This document shows positions 42,254 through 54,798 of a stretch of DNA of 64,000 bases, piece by piece. The position numbers were made by a program, and so were the translations under genes. The stretch is from Antedon mediterranea. Taxonomy: Eukaryota; Animalia; Echinodermata. Where the stretch lies: NCBI RefSeq assembly GCF_964355755.1, contig NC_092680.1:5084001-5148000 (forward strand), written 5' to 3'. The notes beneath the pieces were generated by a model. That model saw only the letters and a list, made by a program, of their open reading frames with translations. It searched no databases and was not told the DNA's origin. The first letter of the stretch is position 1. Every line of letters starts with the position of its first letter.

Positions 42254-42879
42254 AGACCCTTTCCCTGCAATTTTGGACGTTTTTGGGAAAATAATACATA
42301 TATATCACTTTAAAAACATTAAACCATGTCATTCCTTGTCTTAAATGTACGTTTTATGGTAAATTATGATAAAAAGTGAGAAACAATGCACTACCTAAGT
42401 AGCTCGCGGCGATCGAACTCTCGTGGACGGTCTCAGGCCTAGCCTAGCTAGGCTTAGTTTTGTAGGCCTAGCTGGTAAACATCGGTAACGTACGAACATC
42501 GTACGCTAGCTATATACCTAGCCTGACGTTGTATAGTTGCTGCATTAATTGTCTTTCTATTTTTGCCAGACTCCGTTGATACAAATTGGGGAACACCCGG
42601 TATTTTCGCTGAAAAGTTAGGAGTCTTCCATTTGTTTTGGCTTCACGATCGATCGAAAAGTGGGCGAATTACAGGTGAAAAACAAAAATATCAATCCGCG
42701 CGCAATGCATTTTGGGATTTATAGCGGGCCGCTATAATTATTAAAATCGATTTATTTTTCACATTTTTAACCGTTTAAAGACGAAAAAAGTTATCGCAAT
42801 AGGACCATATAGTATTATTTTTACATTAAATATAGTTTGTGATCTTAAATTAGATCTAAAAAACGTAGGGAATGGGGCT
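42254..42879. mobile_element. Kolobok-type non-autonomous element
   Basis: TTAA duplication and TIR AG(A/C)CC(C)(T/A)TTCCCT. A 122-bp deletion derivative at 48819-48940 shares the right subterminal sequence. Confidence 0.7.
42697..42726 (-). promoter_or_regulatory. ZNF143/Staf-like motif in a CpG-rich patch
   Basis: Minus strand reads GCTATAAATCCCAAAATGCATTGCG versus the consensus ACTACAnnTCCCAnnATGCnnnGC. It lies within the Kolobok-type element. Confidence 0.35.
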
Positions 42880-45534
42880 TTAATAATTTAAAAATAATAA
42901 CAGCATGTATCATATGCTTCAAATCATCGATATAACATCAGGGAATGAATAGTTAGTATGTAACAATGAATAGGAATATTGTAGCCATAAGGCTATATAG
43001 TACACATTTTACTATTTGGTTGCTATGTCACAAATGTGAATTTCATTTACTGAATTATGCCTTTAAGCATTTTGATCAATAAAGAATACACTATAACATA
43101 TACCTGTCAACCCTATATTTTAAAAGGCTCTACCAAAATGTATATTGTTTTTTTAATGTAGTAATTTAATAAAAAATGCAATTAATGTATATAACTGACT
43201 ATATTTATCACAGACTATTCATATTACAACAAAAAACCCTTAATTTTGTGTTTTGTTTAAACTGCTCGACTGCCGCTCCTACAGTACATGTATAGTCAAA
43301 CAGCCTACAGTATTCTAAGTCCTGTGTTTGTACAGTGGAACCCCTATTAAGACGACACCTTCGGGACCTAACTAACATGTCCACTAATAGGGATGTCCTC
43401 TGAATAGGGGTTCAATTCACTGAATTCAATTCTATTAAATATTTTATTTCTGGAGGATGCATATTTCAATATCTGTGCTGCGCCGAGCACACGTCTAGAT
43501 CTTTAACTAATAATATTGTTAACCCATTTACTTCTCCTGATCATTTTTCTTTTATGAGTGACCCATAGGGGTGTCCATAACGAGGGGCCCACATACTTTT
43601 TTTTTAAAGCAACATGAGGTTGACTGTAGTGTGTGTCTATAAATCCACTACCTAAAATTGTGAATGTGAGCGCTGCCATTTTTAATAGCCTCCCGTCTAG
43701 CCTTCCACAATTTAAAATGGAAGCAGCAGATTGAGTACAGTAGTGTGTAACAAATAATGAATGTTCAAAATTATTGACAGCCAATATTCCTATTGAACAC
43801 AGCTACGCCTCATTAAATGGAACAGTCTAGTACAAATATTCTTCACTATTCAACTGATAAACATTCATTATTTGTATCCTCTTACAAAGACGAGACATAA
43901 TTTGATACAATCTAAACTGAAGTGTCTCACATTAGCAACTTAAAAAAGAGAAAATAAATTTACCTGCTGACAATTTAATTTAGTCTGGTTATATTTCCCT
44001 GTGGGCTGCAGACTAAAGATATAAACTACAGTACAAATTGTATACAATAAAACCTCGACCTGACAAAAGGGAATTACCATATTTAAAATTACTTCCTATA
44101 AAAAGAGATACTAATCAGGATGTGAAGAGTCATTTTTATTATGATGTGTGACTTCTTAATGATTGAACATTGTACACTGACATTTTGTGTACTTTGATGT
44201 TATATACATACTCAACCTAATTTCTTTTACTTCCAAGGACAGATGCATACATATTTATTGCATGCATACTGAAAAGTGTAAGATGCAATGTGAAAGTGAT
44301 AATGTCTATGGCCAGATAATGTAGTAGTTCAAATCCTTTGTTTAAAAAATATGTAGGCTCCTAACACGAATAGATTTGTTCAGGAGTATCTTAATCTTGG
44401 GTACCACTAGCGGCACGCAACGACGTAACGTAATTATGTAAGTGATTTGACCAATCACAAGCGATAGATTATTTGAACAGTGGCGTGTCATTGGTCAACT
44501 CGCTGACGTTGCACTTACGCACTTTAATTGCATCTTTAGTGAGAACTTTAACACTTTAACTGAAGTCCTCCACTTTATCTGATACTCCCAGAACACTGGA
44601 CAGATAGGTTAATGTGAAGACCGAAATACCATTAGAAGATTGGAATAAAAGGACAATTTGATTCACAATGCATCACTTATAAACCATCTAACCCTAAAGA
44701 AAACAAACTGGAAACAAATTAGTGAAAAGCGTAATGTCGCTAAAGAAGCATAAATGATATGTTTTAACATCATCTTATTCCTACCTGCTAAACTTTATTT
44801 CATAAACTATAAATAAAATATAATTTTCTCTTTTATTTTTGAATTATTAAAGTCTTATCCTTGAAATTGGCCATAAGGGACCAATTCTAACAAAGTGTTA
44901 TACAACAATTAAATTACATTGGATTTTGAATTTTATAATTTTAAATATCAACAAATATAATTTATTGCTAGTACAGCTTTCTGGAAATAGGCTGTCACTA
45001 GAAGTTGTTATGATGTAGAATTCACTATAGCAAGTATAGATATACTGTTTTATGATGTAAATCATATTTCTGATGTTATAAATTTAGAATAATAATGAGA
45101 TGAAGCCTGCGAAGTCTTGTTACGTATAGTACCTCGATGCTTCTACACCACCTCTACTCTTACAATGATATATCACCACTTAAGATGGGTACACAGAGAC
45201 GGCTAAATAAATTTGCAATAAAATGTCCTAATAAATGGATCAAAAGGTGATAAAAGTCTTGAGATGAATGGGATTAAATTGCAAAGTAAAATGAAGAATG
45301 CGTGATAGGCTTTACAATGCCAAGATGAAGAATAAATCATCTGCTAGGCAAAGTATTCTCAAAATTATACACTGTATATTGTATTTTTATTTCAATATAA
45401 TATAGAAGTTGTATTGCTTTTTTGTTGTGATGTTTTTATGCTTTTTATCATCGATCTACTACATTTTCAAACATAATTGATGAGCTGGGAAAATATTCCA
45501 ATATGCTCACATGTGTTGGTAATTATACTCAGAT

Positions 45535-45965
45535 AGCAGGTATGCCAATAGTGTAGGTTACTACTGCATGCCCAGGTGACAGGTATAGGCCCAGGTGGCA
45601 GCAAGTATACACTAACAGTATGTGTGAAGTAGTATATGCCTGTGTTGCAAGGGTAGTGTATGCTATGTGGCAGGTATCTGTCCAGGTGGCAGGTACAGTA
45701 GGTGATAGGTGTATTTACAGGTGCCTGATATGCTCAAGTGGTAGGTATAGACCTCAGTGGAAACAGGTGTTTATGTGCCAGGTATATTTTGCACCTTAGA
45801 ACTTATCTTTTTGGAAACAATTTGGCGCATTATAAATACGAATTGATTGATATTTGCTTATGTGGCAGGTATATGCTTTGTGGCAGGTATCAGCCAAAGG
45901 GGCAGGTGTCGGCCCAGGTGACAGGTAGGTCTATATGTCAATGTGGTAGGTTTATGTCCTGGGGG
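45535..45965 (+). repeat. Degenerate minisatellite rich in CAGGT(A/G)
   Basis: Recurring GTGGCAGGTA / CCCAGGTG units, all on one strand. Confidence 0.6.
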
Positions 45966-46106
45966 CATATAGTATACATACACAAGTGACACTATAAGCT
46001 AGACGATATTACGTTTGCCATGTTGTGGGCATTTGTAAGCAAGCATGTTAATAAACCTATAAGTAAACTCAATACAAGAAACAAATACAGTACATAACTT
46101 GCCTAC

Positions 46107-46147
46107 CTGATATATTGGCAACGTTCTAATGCATTGCTAAAGTTCAT
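46107..46147 (-). CDS. Weak candidate alternative first exon (MNFSNALERCQYIR)
   Basis: ATG to AG|GTAGGC donor, 41 nt (phase 2). Short enough to arise by chance. Confidence 0.25.
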
Positions 46148-47616
46148 TGTCAGACCGCATCAGCATAACCCTTTCATCATCACTGTTGATGTATTATCAT
46201 CACTTCCTTCATTAGCATCGTCTCACTGTCTCTGTATTTCTTTCACAGTAAAACCTTTGCATATCCGTAAGGCCCAGGTGTTCATATCTTTTATAAACCT
46301 AAGGTATACGGTACTATAATTTCAAACATGTGCATTATAATTAAATACATATAACTTACTATATTGTTGTGCTGTCTATAGTTCAGCTGTATTAAACAAA
46401 CCTTCTATATGCCTCTTTTGAATTACACTGAATAAATTGGTTTTGTGTGTAGATACAATCATTTAGAACTGCTAACATCAACTGTATGGAAGGGTGATCA
46501 TGGCTATTTCCACTGGGATAACACTTTTCATGAACATATGCTGAAAAATTGGAAAATATGTAAATCATCAATAAATTGGAGACAAATATATATTTGTCAC
46601 AGTATTCATAAATTTGGAATATTACTTATTTGCGTACATTTCATTTTCACATAGTGTAAATAACCATATTTGGTGTTAATGAACGTTATGACAGTTTTTT
46701 AACCATAATGCATTAAATTAATATTAATGTATACATTTGTTTATATTGAGCATACTAAAAACATTTTAATGTTTGTAATGACATGAAACATTCATTCTAC
46801 AAATGGAGTTTGGACTATAATTTTGGTTATTTAGGCTATTCATACCAATTCTTTTTTCTGTAAGCCTTTATATTTTTTGTTTGTTCTGTGTTTTATTAGT
46901 TTTCTATGTATGACAATACTAAAATGTACGGTGACAGTCAATAAACTATACGTTCATAAATGTACAGTACAGTACAGAGTTGGGTATTAAAAGGAAATTA
47001 TTTCATTTATATTGACTAAATAGTAAATAATGTTTTAGTTAAAAGGAAATGAAAGAAACTTGATTACAAGGATGTCAATAGGTTTTTTTTTATTATTAAA
47101 TTCCTAAAGTAACATATTTTATTTTTGTTATTAAAGTAACATCTTTTTATTTTTGTCCTGTATCCGATTTTTGTAGATAGTATAGAGTTCCAACGAGCTC
47201 TCAATTAAGAGTTTCAAAGTTCTGGTGAACTTGTTTCTAGCCTCCCCCACCTCCCCACCCTTAAACCCTGAACTGTAAGAATTTACTAACTTATTGCTTG
47301 AAGTAGCTATTAATGTCCTTACAGAATGATTCTATTCAATAGAAACAATTATAGAACTACCCTACATGAAATTTGTCTGTAATCTTTCTCAAAGCGGCAA
47401 AATAACAGATAAAATAATGTTATTAGTTACCATTCAAACGTGAAATTATTACACATTTGCAAGCCTAATGTGTAATAAGATGAAATGATTATCAATGATG
47501 TGATGAAGATGATAAGAACGTTGAGTATGGTTATTAATTACAATGCATTCACTTAACATAAAGGATTAAATAAATCAAATTCAGATGATGTGCTGTAAGG
47601 AGGTTCATTAGATCAA

Positions 47617-47819
47617 AGCTCTGTCTACACTATCAAACTCTATGTGACAACAAAATGTGATGTGCCCATACGGACATGATGATGTCATATCACTACCATA
47701 TTTAAACATATCACTACCATATTTTGGCAGGGAGTTACAAGTAAAATAAGTAGGCCTACTTATTTTACAACTCCCTGATTTGGGCACATCACACTTTTTT
47801 TGATAGTGTAGACAGAGCT
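47617..47819. mobile_element. MITE family A copy carrying a nested 50-bp hairpin insertion
   Basis: Family A consensus interrupted at 47728-47777. Confidence 0.85.
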
Positions 47820-48818
47820 TAAAAGAGGGAACAAGTCTCTGAATAATTCAGTTTATTTCATTTAGATATACATAAAATGTATAACTAAAGTACCAATTAG
47901 ACAATATCTGAAGTACCAAATTGTACAATATACCAAGTACTGTACAGTATGTTTGTAAGTGACACAGAAATTTGATTTGTTAAGCGTACATCCACCAAAG
48001 TGATCTAGGCATTTGGAAAAACCAAAGGAAAAACTAATCTATACCTACTGTAAAACTAACAAAACTAGACAAAAACCCACATAATTTCATTTTGAAAAAC
48101 ATTAAAATGAGACTCAATGCTGCGAAAGTCAGTTTGGTATTTGTTAAGCGCCTTTCCAGTGCTCAACCGGCGTTTAGCGTATTATTATTATCATTAACAG
48201 TACCGTTTTGGAACGTTTTTAAAGAGTTTTTTTAATCTCTCATCTTGTAGGTTGTTCCACATGACCGGACCAAACTTTGAAAATGAGTGTTCAGAAACAG
48301 ATAAATGCCAGTTTTTCTATTTTTAATTTTTTTTATTTTATTTTTTTTATTTTATTTCATCATCACCCTACAGTGACCAAACGTCACCATTAACAGGGCT
48401 GAAAGTCGTAAAATATAACATAATGAAGTAATAAATATTCATTTTTTAATAAATAAAAAAATTATTGAATATTAACAAAAAAGTAAATAATAAAAGTAAG
48501 AAAATAATATGATTGAATTGCACAGTTAGTTTATTACATGAATGTATTACTCATCTGCTACTTTCATGTTTTTTTTTAATTAATGATTTCTTCATTCATT
48601 TATTCACTTAAACATTAATTCAATCATACATTCTGTCAATAAAACATTTAAACATGTTATAATGCTTTTTTTCTTTGGATTGTTTTATTAAGGTAAGATA
48701 GAATGAATATATCAATGACTAAATATTAATTGAGAATTAATAAATCAATAAAGAAAATCATGAAAAATAGATGAATGTTAAATTAAATATATGATTAAAT
48801 GAATGAATAAATACTTAA

Positions 48819-48940
48819 AGACCCATTCCCTACAATTGACATTCTGTAAAAATAATGCACATTACTTTAAAAACATTTAAACCAGGTCATTCCTTGTGTG
48901 TGACCTTAAATTAGATCGGAAAAACATAGAGAATGGGACT
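48819..48940. mobile_element. Kolobok-type MITE, short derivative
   Basis: TTAA-AGACCCATTCCCTA...GAGAATGGGACT-TTAA. Confidence 0.7.
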
Positions 48941-49199
48941 TTAAATGAATACATAAATAAATAAAGGAATAATTCAACATAAGTAAGAAAAGAACCAAGT
49001 GAACGTATAGTTGAATAAATCATGAATATCAATAATTGAATGAAGGAATAGAAAAAAAAAGGATAATTTTTAATAAATTCCTGAATAAATAAATCATTGA
49101 TTCTTTTCACACACAAGTATTTATGTATTCAAGTACTGTATACTGTACATGCCTTGTTTTTAATACCTTTTAATAAATAATAAATATCCAATACTGACT

Positions 49200-49700
49200 G
49201 CTTATTCTATCTATTGCAACAATGTTCTATTTTATTGTAAGATCCAAAGGACTGTTGGAGTTCTATTTTGGCAAGGCAAACTCAGTGTCCTGTTGTTAGA
49301 TTGCCTCGATTTGACTGGCATTACAATAAGATTTGACTGTAGTCTTATTTTCTATGCTCATAAATATATGCACTCATCATAGTCGTTTAATGACAAGACA
49401 TTTCCTATCCATTCAATACAAATCTAAGATAGTCAGACATAAAACTTCCTCTTTGTTCAAGTGCTACTATAGTTTATCATAACATTCAACACCAATATCC
49501 TTTGTACATCAACAAATTAAGTGCTTTAGATACTAGAGGACATTATCAATTCAATTCAAAAGAATTCCCTCCAGCAAATCTTATCACATTAACCCACATT
49601 CTATGTAATATGAAATATAATGTATTGATTTGTTCATGTAGTAGATGTAGTCAATAATTCGGTCTGTTGCATCTGAGGATATACTATTACTAAACATTTT
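49200..49700 (-). pseudogene. Decayed CR1/L2-type reverse transcriptase fragment
   Basis: Minus-strand translation KDIGVECYDKL**HL resembles the KDLGVxxDxKLxWxxHI RT motif; many stops. Confidence 0.35.
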
Positions 49701-50941
49701 TTAGAAAATTATAGATGAGCGCAATATTCTTTTAAAAGAAGAGTTTTAAGTATTAAAAAAAAAATTACAACCTTAGCTTCAAGGTAGGCCTAATGGTTAT
49801 GTTTTGTAGAAAACTTTGAAATTACTGAAGTGCTGAAATATAGAAAGTGCATTTATTTTTTTAAGGGGGAGGGGGAGGAAGGACGATTTGACGACAAACA
49901 GATAATCATCATTAATTGTTTTCTTCATCGGTTCTACTTCCAAAACAGGAATTTTTTTCCTTCCTTTTTGGATTTTTCAAGAGAGAGAAGGTGCCACTGA
50001 GCTGGCTAACCTCCCTCATGCAGCCTCCCTAAATTAGCCTACTTGTACAGTACACTATTCCCCCCAGTTGGTTCAGCTTCCAGCTCTCATGTGAATTAGG
50101 GCCTAAGTATCCATATCATCCCTTACATTAGTATACAAATTATGTAGGGTAACATTAGCTGGTAGCTCACATGTATGACATTCAATAATAAATGCCATTG
50201 TCTCTGGCCAGCTACCAGGATATTTACCATGGCCAAAATGGAGCTGCATTCATGTACAACCTTGTAGTGATATATGTAACAGAACAAATATATTTTATAG
50301 CCAGATCCAATATGTAAAAGATTTACCACTTTCGATCTATTGGATCAACAAAAACTTGTCTTCTATAATATTAGGATCGGAATTATTTCACAGTTTAGCA
50401 TTTTAGTTTACAATTTTTATGCTCGGCCTACTCTCTTCAACATCAAAGAGCCGATACTATTATTACATAATTTTTTGTAACATATATTTAATTTCTATAC
50501 TTTCTATCAATAAACATGCATTTATTATCCTTTTTTTTGTCTTGTGTGGGTTCGTCCCACTTTTATTGTCATACTCTGTTATAAAAATTATATTTTTTAA
50601 ACATATTTTTTCCTCTCGATTATATCTTACAACGTTAAAAGTAATTGTAATAAAAACATTGAATTCATTATTTTACATTAAAAAAAAGTAATTTAAATAT
50701 ATAAAATAATTAACAAAATGCCTAATAAAAGACGATAAAAATTGATTAAAAATTTATTGACAGTTGTAATTATTCGATAAAGCTCATGTTCGTGTTTGTG
50801 TTCGTGCATTTATTATCCAACAACATCAGTGATAAATCACTATATTCCAAAAACCAATTTTCTTCCTTGCCACTTTTCAACTTTAAACAGCTTATCTATT
50901 AAATCAGAATGCTTTTATCAAAATATGATGAAAAGGCCTTA

Positions 50942-51108
50942 AGCTCTTTCTACACTATCAAACTTTATTTATGTGACAAAAAAAAAATGTGATGTTTCCA
51001 TATATGGACATGATGATGATTTCATATTACTACCATATTTGAGCATATCACTACTATATTTGGGCACACATATTTTTGTCAAACTAGTTTAATAGTGTAG
51101 ACAGAGCT
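50942..51108. mobile_element. MITE family A copy
   Basis: TIRs and internal duplication as in the other copies. Confidence 0.85.
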
Positions 51109-53919
51109 TAAAATTAAAGAGAATCTTTAATTGGATGGATGCAACATACATTTTCGTGGGAATGAATAATAGTTTGGTAGCGAAATTATAATTCTGGAAA
51201 TGCATTTCCCAAAGGAAGTAGTGATTGTTGTTGGCCTTCCTCTCGGCCTTCTGAATCAAATTATGTTTTTGTTTAATAATTGGAAAAACAAATTATAAAC
51301 CTACCTGTAAACAATATTGTACTGTTACAGCATACTGTACATAATAATATAATAATATATACATAATAATATACATAATATCTATACTGCAATATCCTGA
51401 ACCAATATATTAAGTTCTGGTTGATTAGGAACGTCAAAATTATTCAACTTCAGTTTTACTGCAGTAACTAAAATAGGTTAACAAACTTTTTTATTTTTCT
51501 TTAATTATTGGGGAGGGGGGGTTATTACTGGTGGGGATGATGGGGTAATCATACAAACTGTTTATACACTGACTGAATCAAAAACTGATACAAAATAAAA
51601 TCATCAGTTATTTGCAGTAAACAAACATAGTTATTGCAGTAGAATAATTTTCACACATGTGATGCCTATTGATTATACATTGTGAAGAATATATATTATA
51701 TATAATGAAAGGTTTGCCGTTTCAAAGAAGAAAGCAAGGAAAAACATTAAGAACTAATTTGATCATGGATTCAGTATCCACAAAATGTTGTCAAACATTG
51801 TGACACAAAAATTTAAACAATATTCTTGGCGTATTTTAATATCATATCATAGTCCTAAAAGCAAGTTTGCCATCAATGAACTATACCACTCTATATTGCA
51901 TATAGCCTGGAAACAATGTCACAATATAATCAATAAAAGATGTAGTTCGACCAATGATGCTACTTCACTATTTTCTGCACACTATTGCATTATCAAATAA
52001 TCAAGAAACATAATAAAAATATGAAATTATTAATAATATTAGTATATTATATTGTACTATAGAGCCTTCTTTCTATAAAGAATATACAATATGTATGCAT
52101 AACTAAACTTCAATATTCAAGTAAATTACAGTACCACAATTTTGTTGGCTAAAATACTTTGGTAAATGCATTTTAATGCAAGCTGAACATAATTTTTACA
52201 AAATTTCATACCCAGTCCCACCTGGGACATACTTGTCATATACAGCATGTCACTAATATTTTTTAATCTAAATTGTTGTCATTTTTAATTATTAATCCCT
52301 ATTCTTTTGCCACTAAAATAAGAATGAATTTACTATATATACAGTACCTTTATTTATTCTAATTGTTGCATATGTTTATTATAATATTAGAAATGTATTG
52401 TCTATTAATAACCAGTGTGGCATTATTATCCAAAAATATACTCAATTCATTTACAACACTAATAACACTGTAGTATTGATATTTAACGATTGTATAAGGT
52501 ACAGTATTTAAAAAGATAATTGAGCTTTTTAAAAATATTAAAATACTTTATTAAAATATCTATTCATGGGTGAGCCAAGTCCTTATATCAAATTATCATG
52601 AACAAAAAATACAATGACAACATCATAAAAGCATGCCAATGAAGAGCAATGTTACGGTTTTTGTTGAACAATTTATACAAAAAAAGGGATATTCTTTTAA
52701 TGGTATAGAAAAATATATTGGCTACTTTACCTGTATAAGAATCGACAATATACAGTAACTTGAACTAATTAAACAGCAATTAGATGAAATAAACTAGAGA
52801 GGAAGATTATGGTACAGCATTCCTTGAACTTACACTACGTGAGATAGACAGCTCAATGTATGAGAGCCAACAACCAAACAAAACACATGTGTACTAGCAA
52901 GCCTAGTATAGATAACATTAATATCATCCTTGTCTGATGTTCAGTGAAGCGCGCAAGTCACAACATTAGGTGCGCAATAAACTATTATCATGTCGATACG
53001 GTCATTTAAAGTTCCGCAGATGCATGCTTTTAATATGCAAGGTAACATGCAAAATTCACATCTGTTCCTAAATTAATGCCATTTAAAATATATGCATGTT
53101 TGACTCATGAGATTAATTAACATGTTTGCATTAAGTATCAGATGAGGATATTTTTGTCTCTTGTCGCCAGACCTGACATTCACTGAATATTAAAATAAGA
53201 GATGCGTTAAAGTAAGAGGGCTCTGACTAGCACACTAGTCTCTAGAGAAAAATGATCACGAACCAATATGGCTTTTACACTAATGCATTGTAAATGTTAA
53301 GTTATGAATAACACACATCCTCATTCTCCATTTAGTGGGACGGTGCCAAATTTAAAAGGAAATTTTGGTGACATATAAAATTGTACAATATGCCATTACT
53401 TGTCCAGTATTTACTACTATTATTTTAAAGCTGAATATTGTATTATAAATTTTGTTAAAATCTATAAAAACTTTTGAAGTACAATTGTGCAATTTATGAT
53501 TATCAATCGTAATATTTCATAGCTCATTTCTTGTCAATCTAAAATTCTGTGTAAAATGTCCATTAAACAAAATAGATTGATCAGAAAGAAAAATCAATAA
53601 AATTTTATTATTTTTATTAAATAACCCTTGAATTTGCAGTTGTCAATGTAAGTACTTCGTTCAAGTAAGTAATCATAAAAATAAATCATAATGTAAAATT
53701 CAATAATATAATGTTGAGTAAAATGTAATCAAAACATCAAATTTAATAATGGTTTTTAATCAAGTACTTAAAGGTCTCAATTTTGTCACCGTCTATTTTT
53801 TTCTTCTGTTGTATATTGTATAATATAAAAAGAAGTAAGTATACAGACGAGATGATACTGATAATGTCCAATGACATTGAATATAATAACATTTTTTGGT
53901 GACCTTAGACTTGTTTCAG

Positions 53920-54260
53920 GTTGGGTCAATCCTTCTGGTGGTGAATTGGGAAGAAAAGTACACTGGGATGATCCCCTATACTTCTCGAAGTGTGTACTAC
54001 ATTCTTTAACATGAACATGAGCAATGTTGCACAAAGGACCAACGGCTTAATGTCCCATCTGAAAGGCAGTGCGCTATCTACTATCATGTATTCAAACCTG
54101 GCGGTTGCAGTGGCTTAATGTAATTACTTGAGTTTAAGAACCTTAAGTGGTCCTCCAACACTGGAGGCCTCTTGGTTTAGCCAGTAAGCGCGCATAGCCA
54201 CCACATAGAGCGACGATGGGATTCGAACCGCTGATTCGCCAAAGGATACTATGGTCACGG
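53920..54260 (-). mobile_element. SINE with a Meta-like domain (decayed)
   Basis: B box GGTTCGAATCCC on the minus strand (about 54218-54229), followed by CCTTTCAGATGGGACATTAAGCCGTTGGTCC...GTTAAAGAA. Confidence 0.5.
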
Positions 54261-54798
54261 TTCAGCGAAAAACACAATGACTGTCGCTAGAGTGATTTTA
54301 GCGGACTGCAAAATATGCCACTCTTCATTATTAACCATGATACCAATCAAACTTGGTTATAACATTTCCCATTTTACATACTAAAAAATTAAGGTCATAG
54401 GTCAAAAAAGATAGAGAAAAAAGATTGAAGATGACAACAATTATTACAATAACAATAAATAAAATCAAATGATAGAAATGAATTTGAAAAATAAATATTC
54501 TATAGAATATTTTTTGATCTTGCCACTCTGTGACAGAAATTTTAATAAATGACATCTCATGAGATTTGTTCATACTGTATCAATCGGTTCCCACAATGCA
54601 ATTAAGTAACATCATTACAAGCCATCATCATGCATATATATTGTACAGTTCACATGACATGATGGCCATCAGGTGCGCACTAAATAAAATATAGAAAGCT
54701 TATAAAACAACATTTTTAACGAGTGTATGTTTTCCCTTGAGTAAACTACAAAACAGCTAAAAATAGTAACAATAATCTGGAGTCTATAATATGTAATA

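Noticed and set aside
50123-50329. ORF ending at a GTAAGG donor, a possible further first exon
   Set aside because: Two frames are open and neither gives a convincing peptide; it cannot be distinguished from chance.
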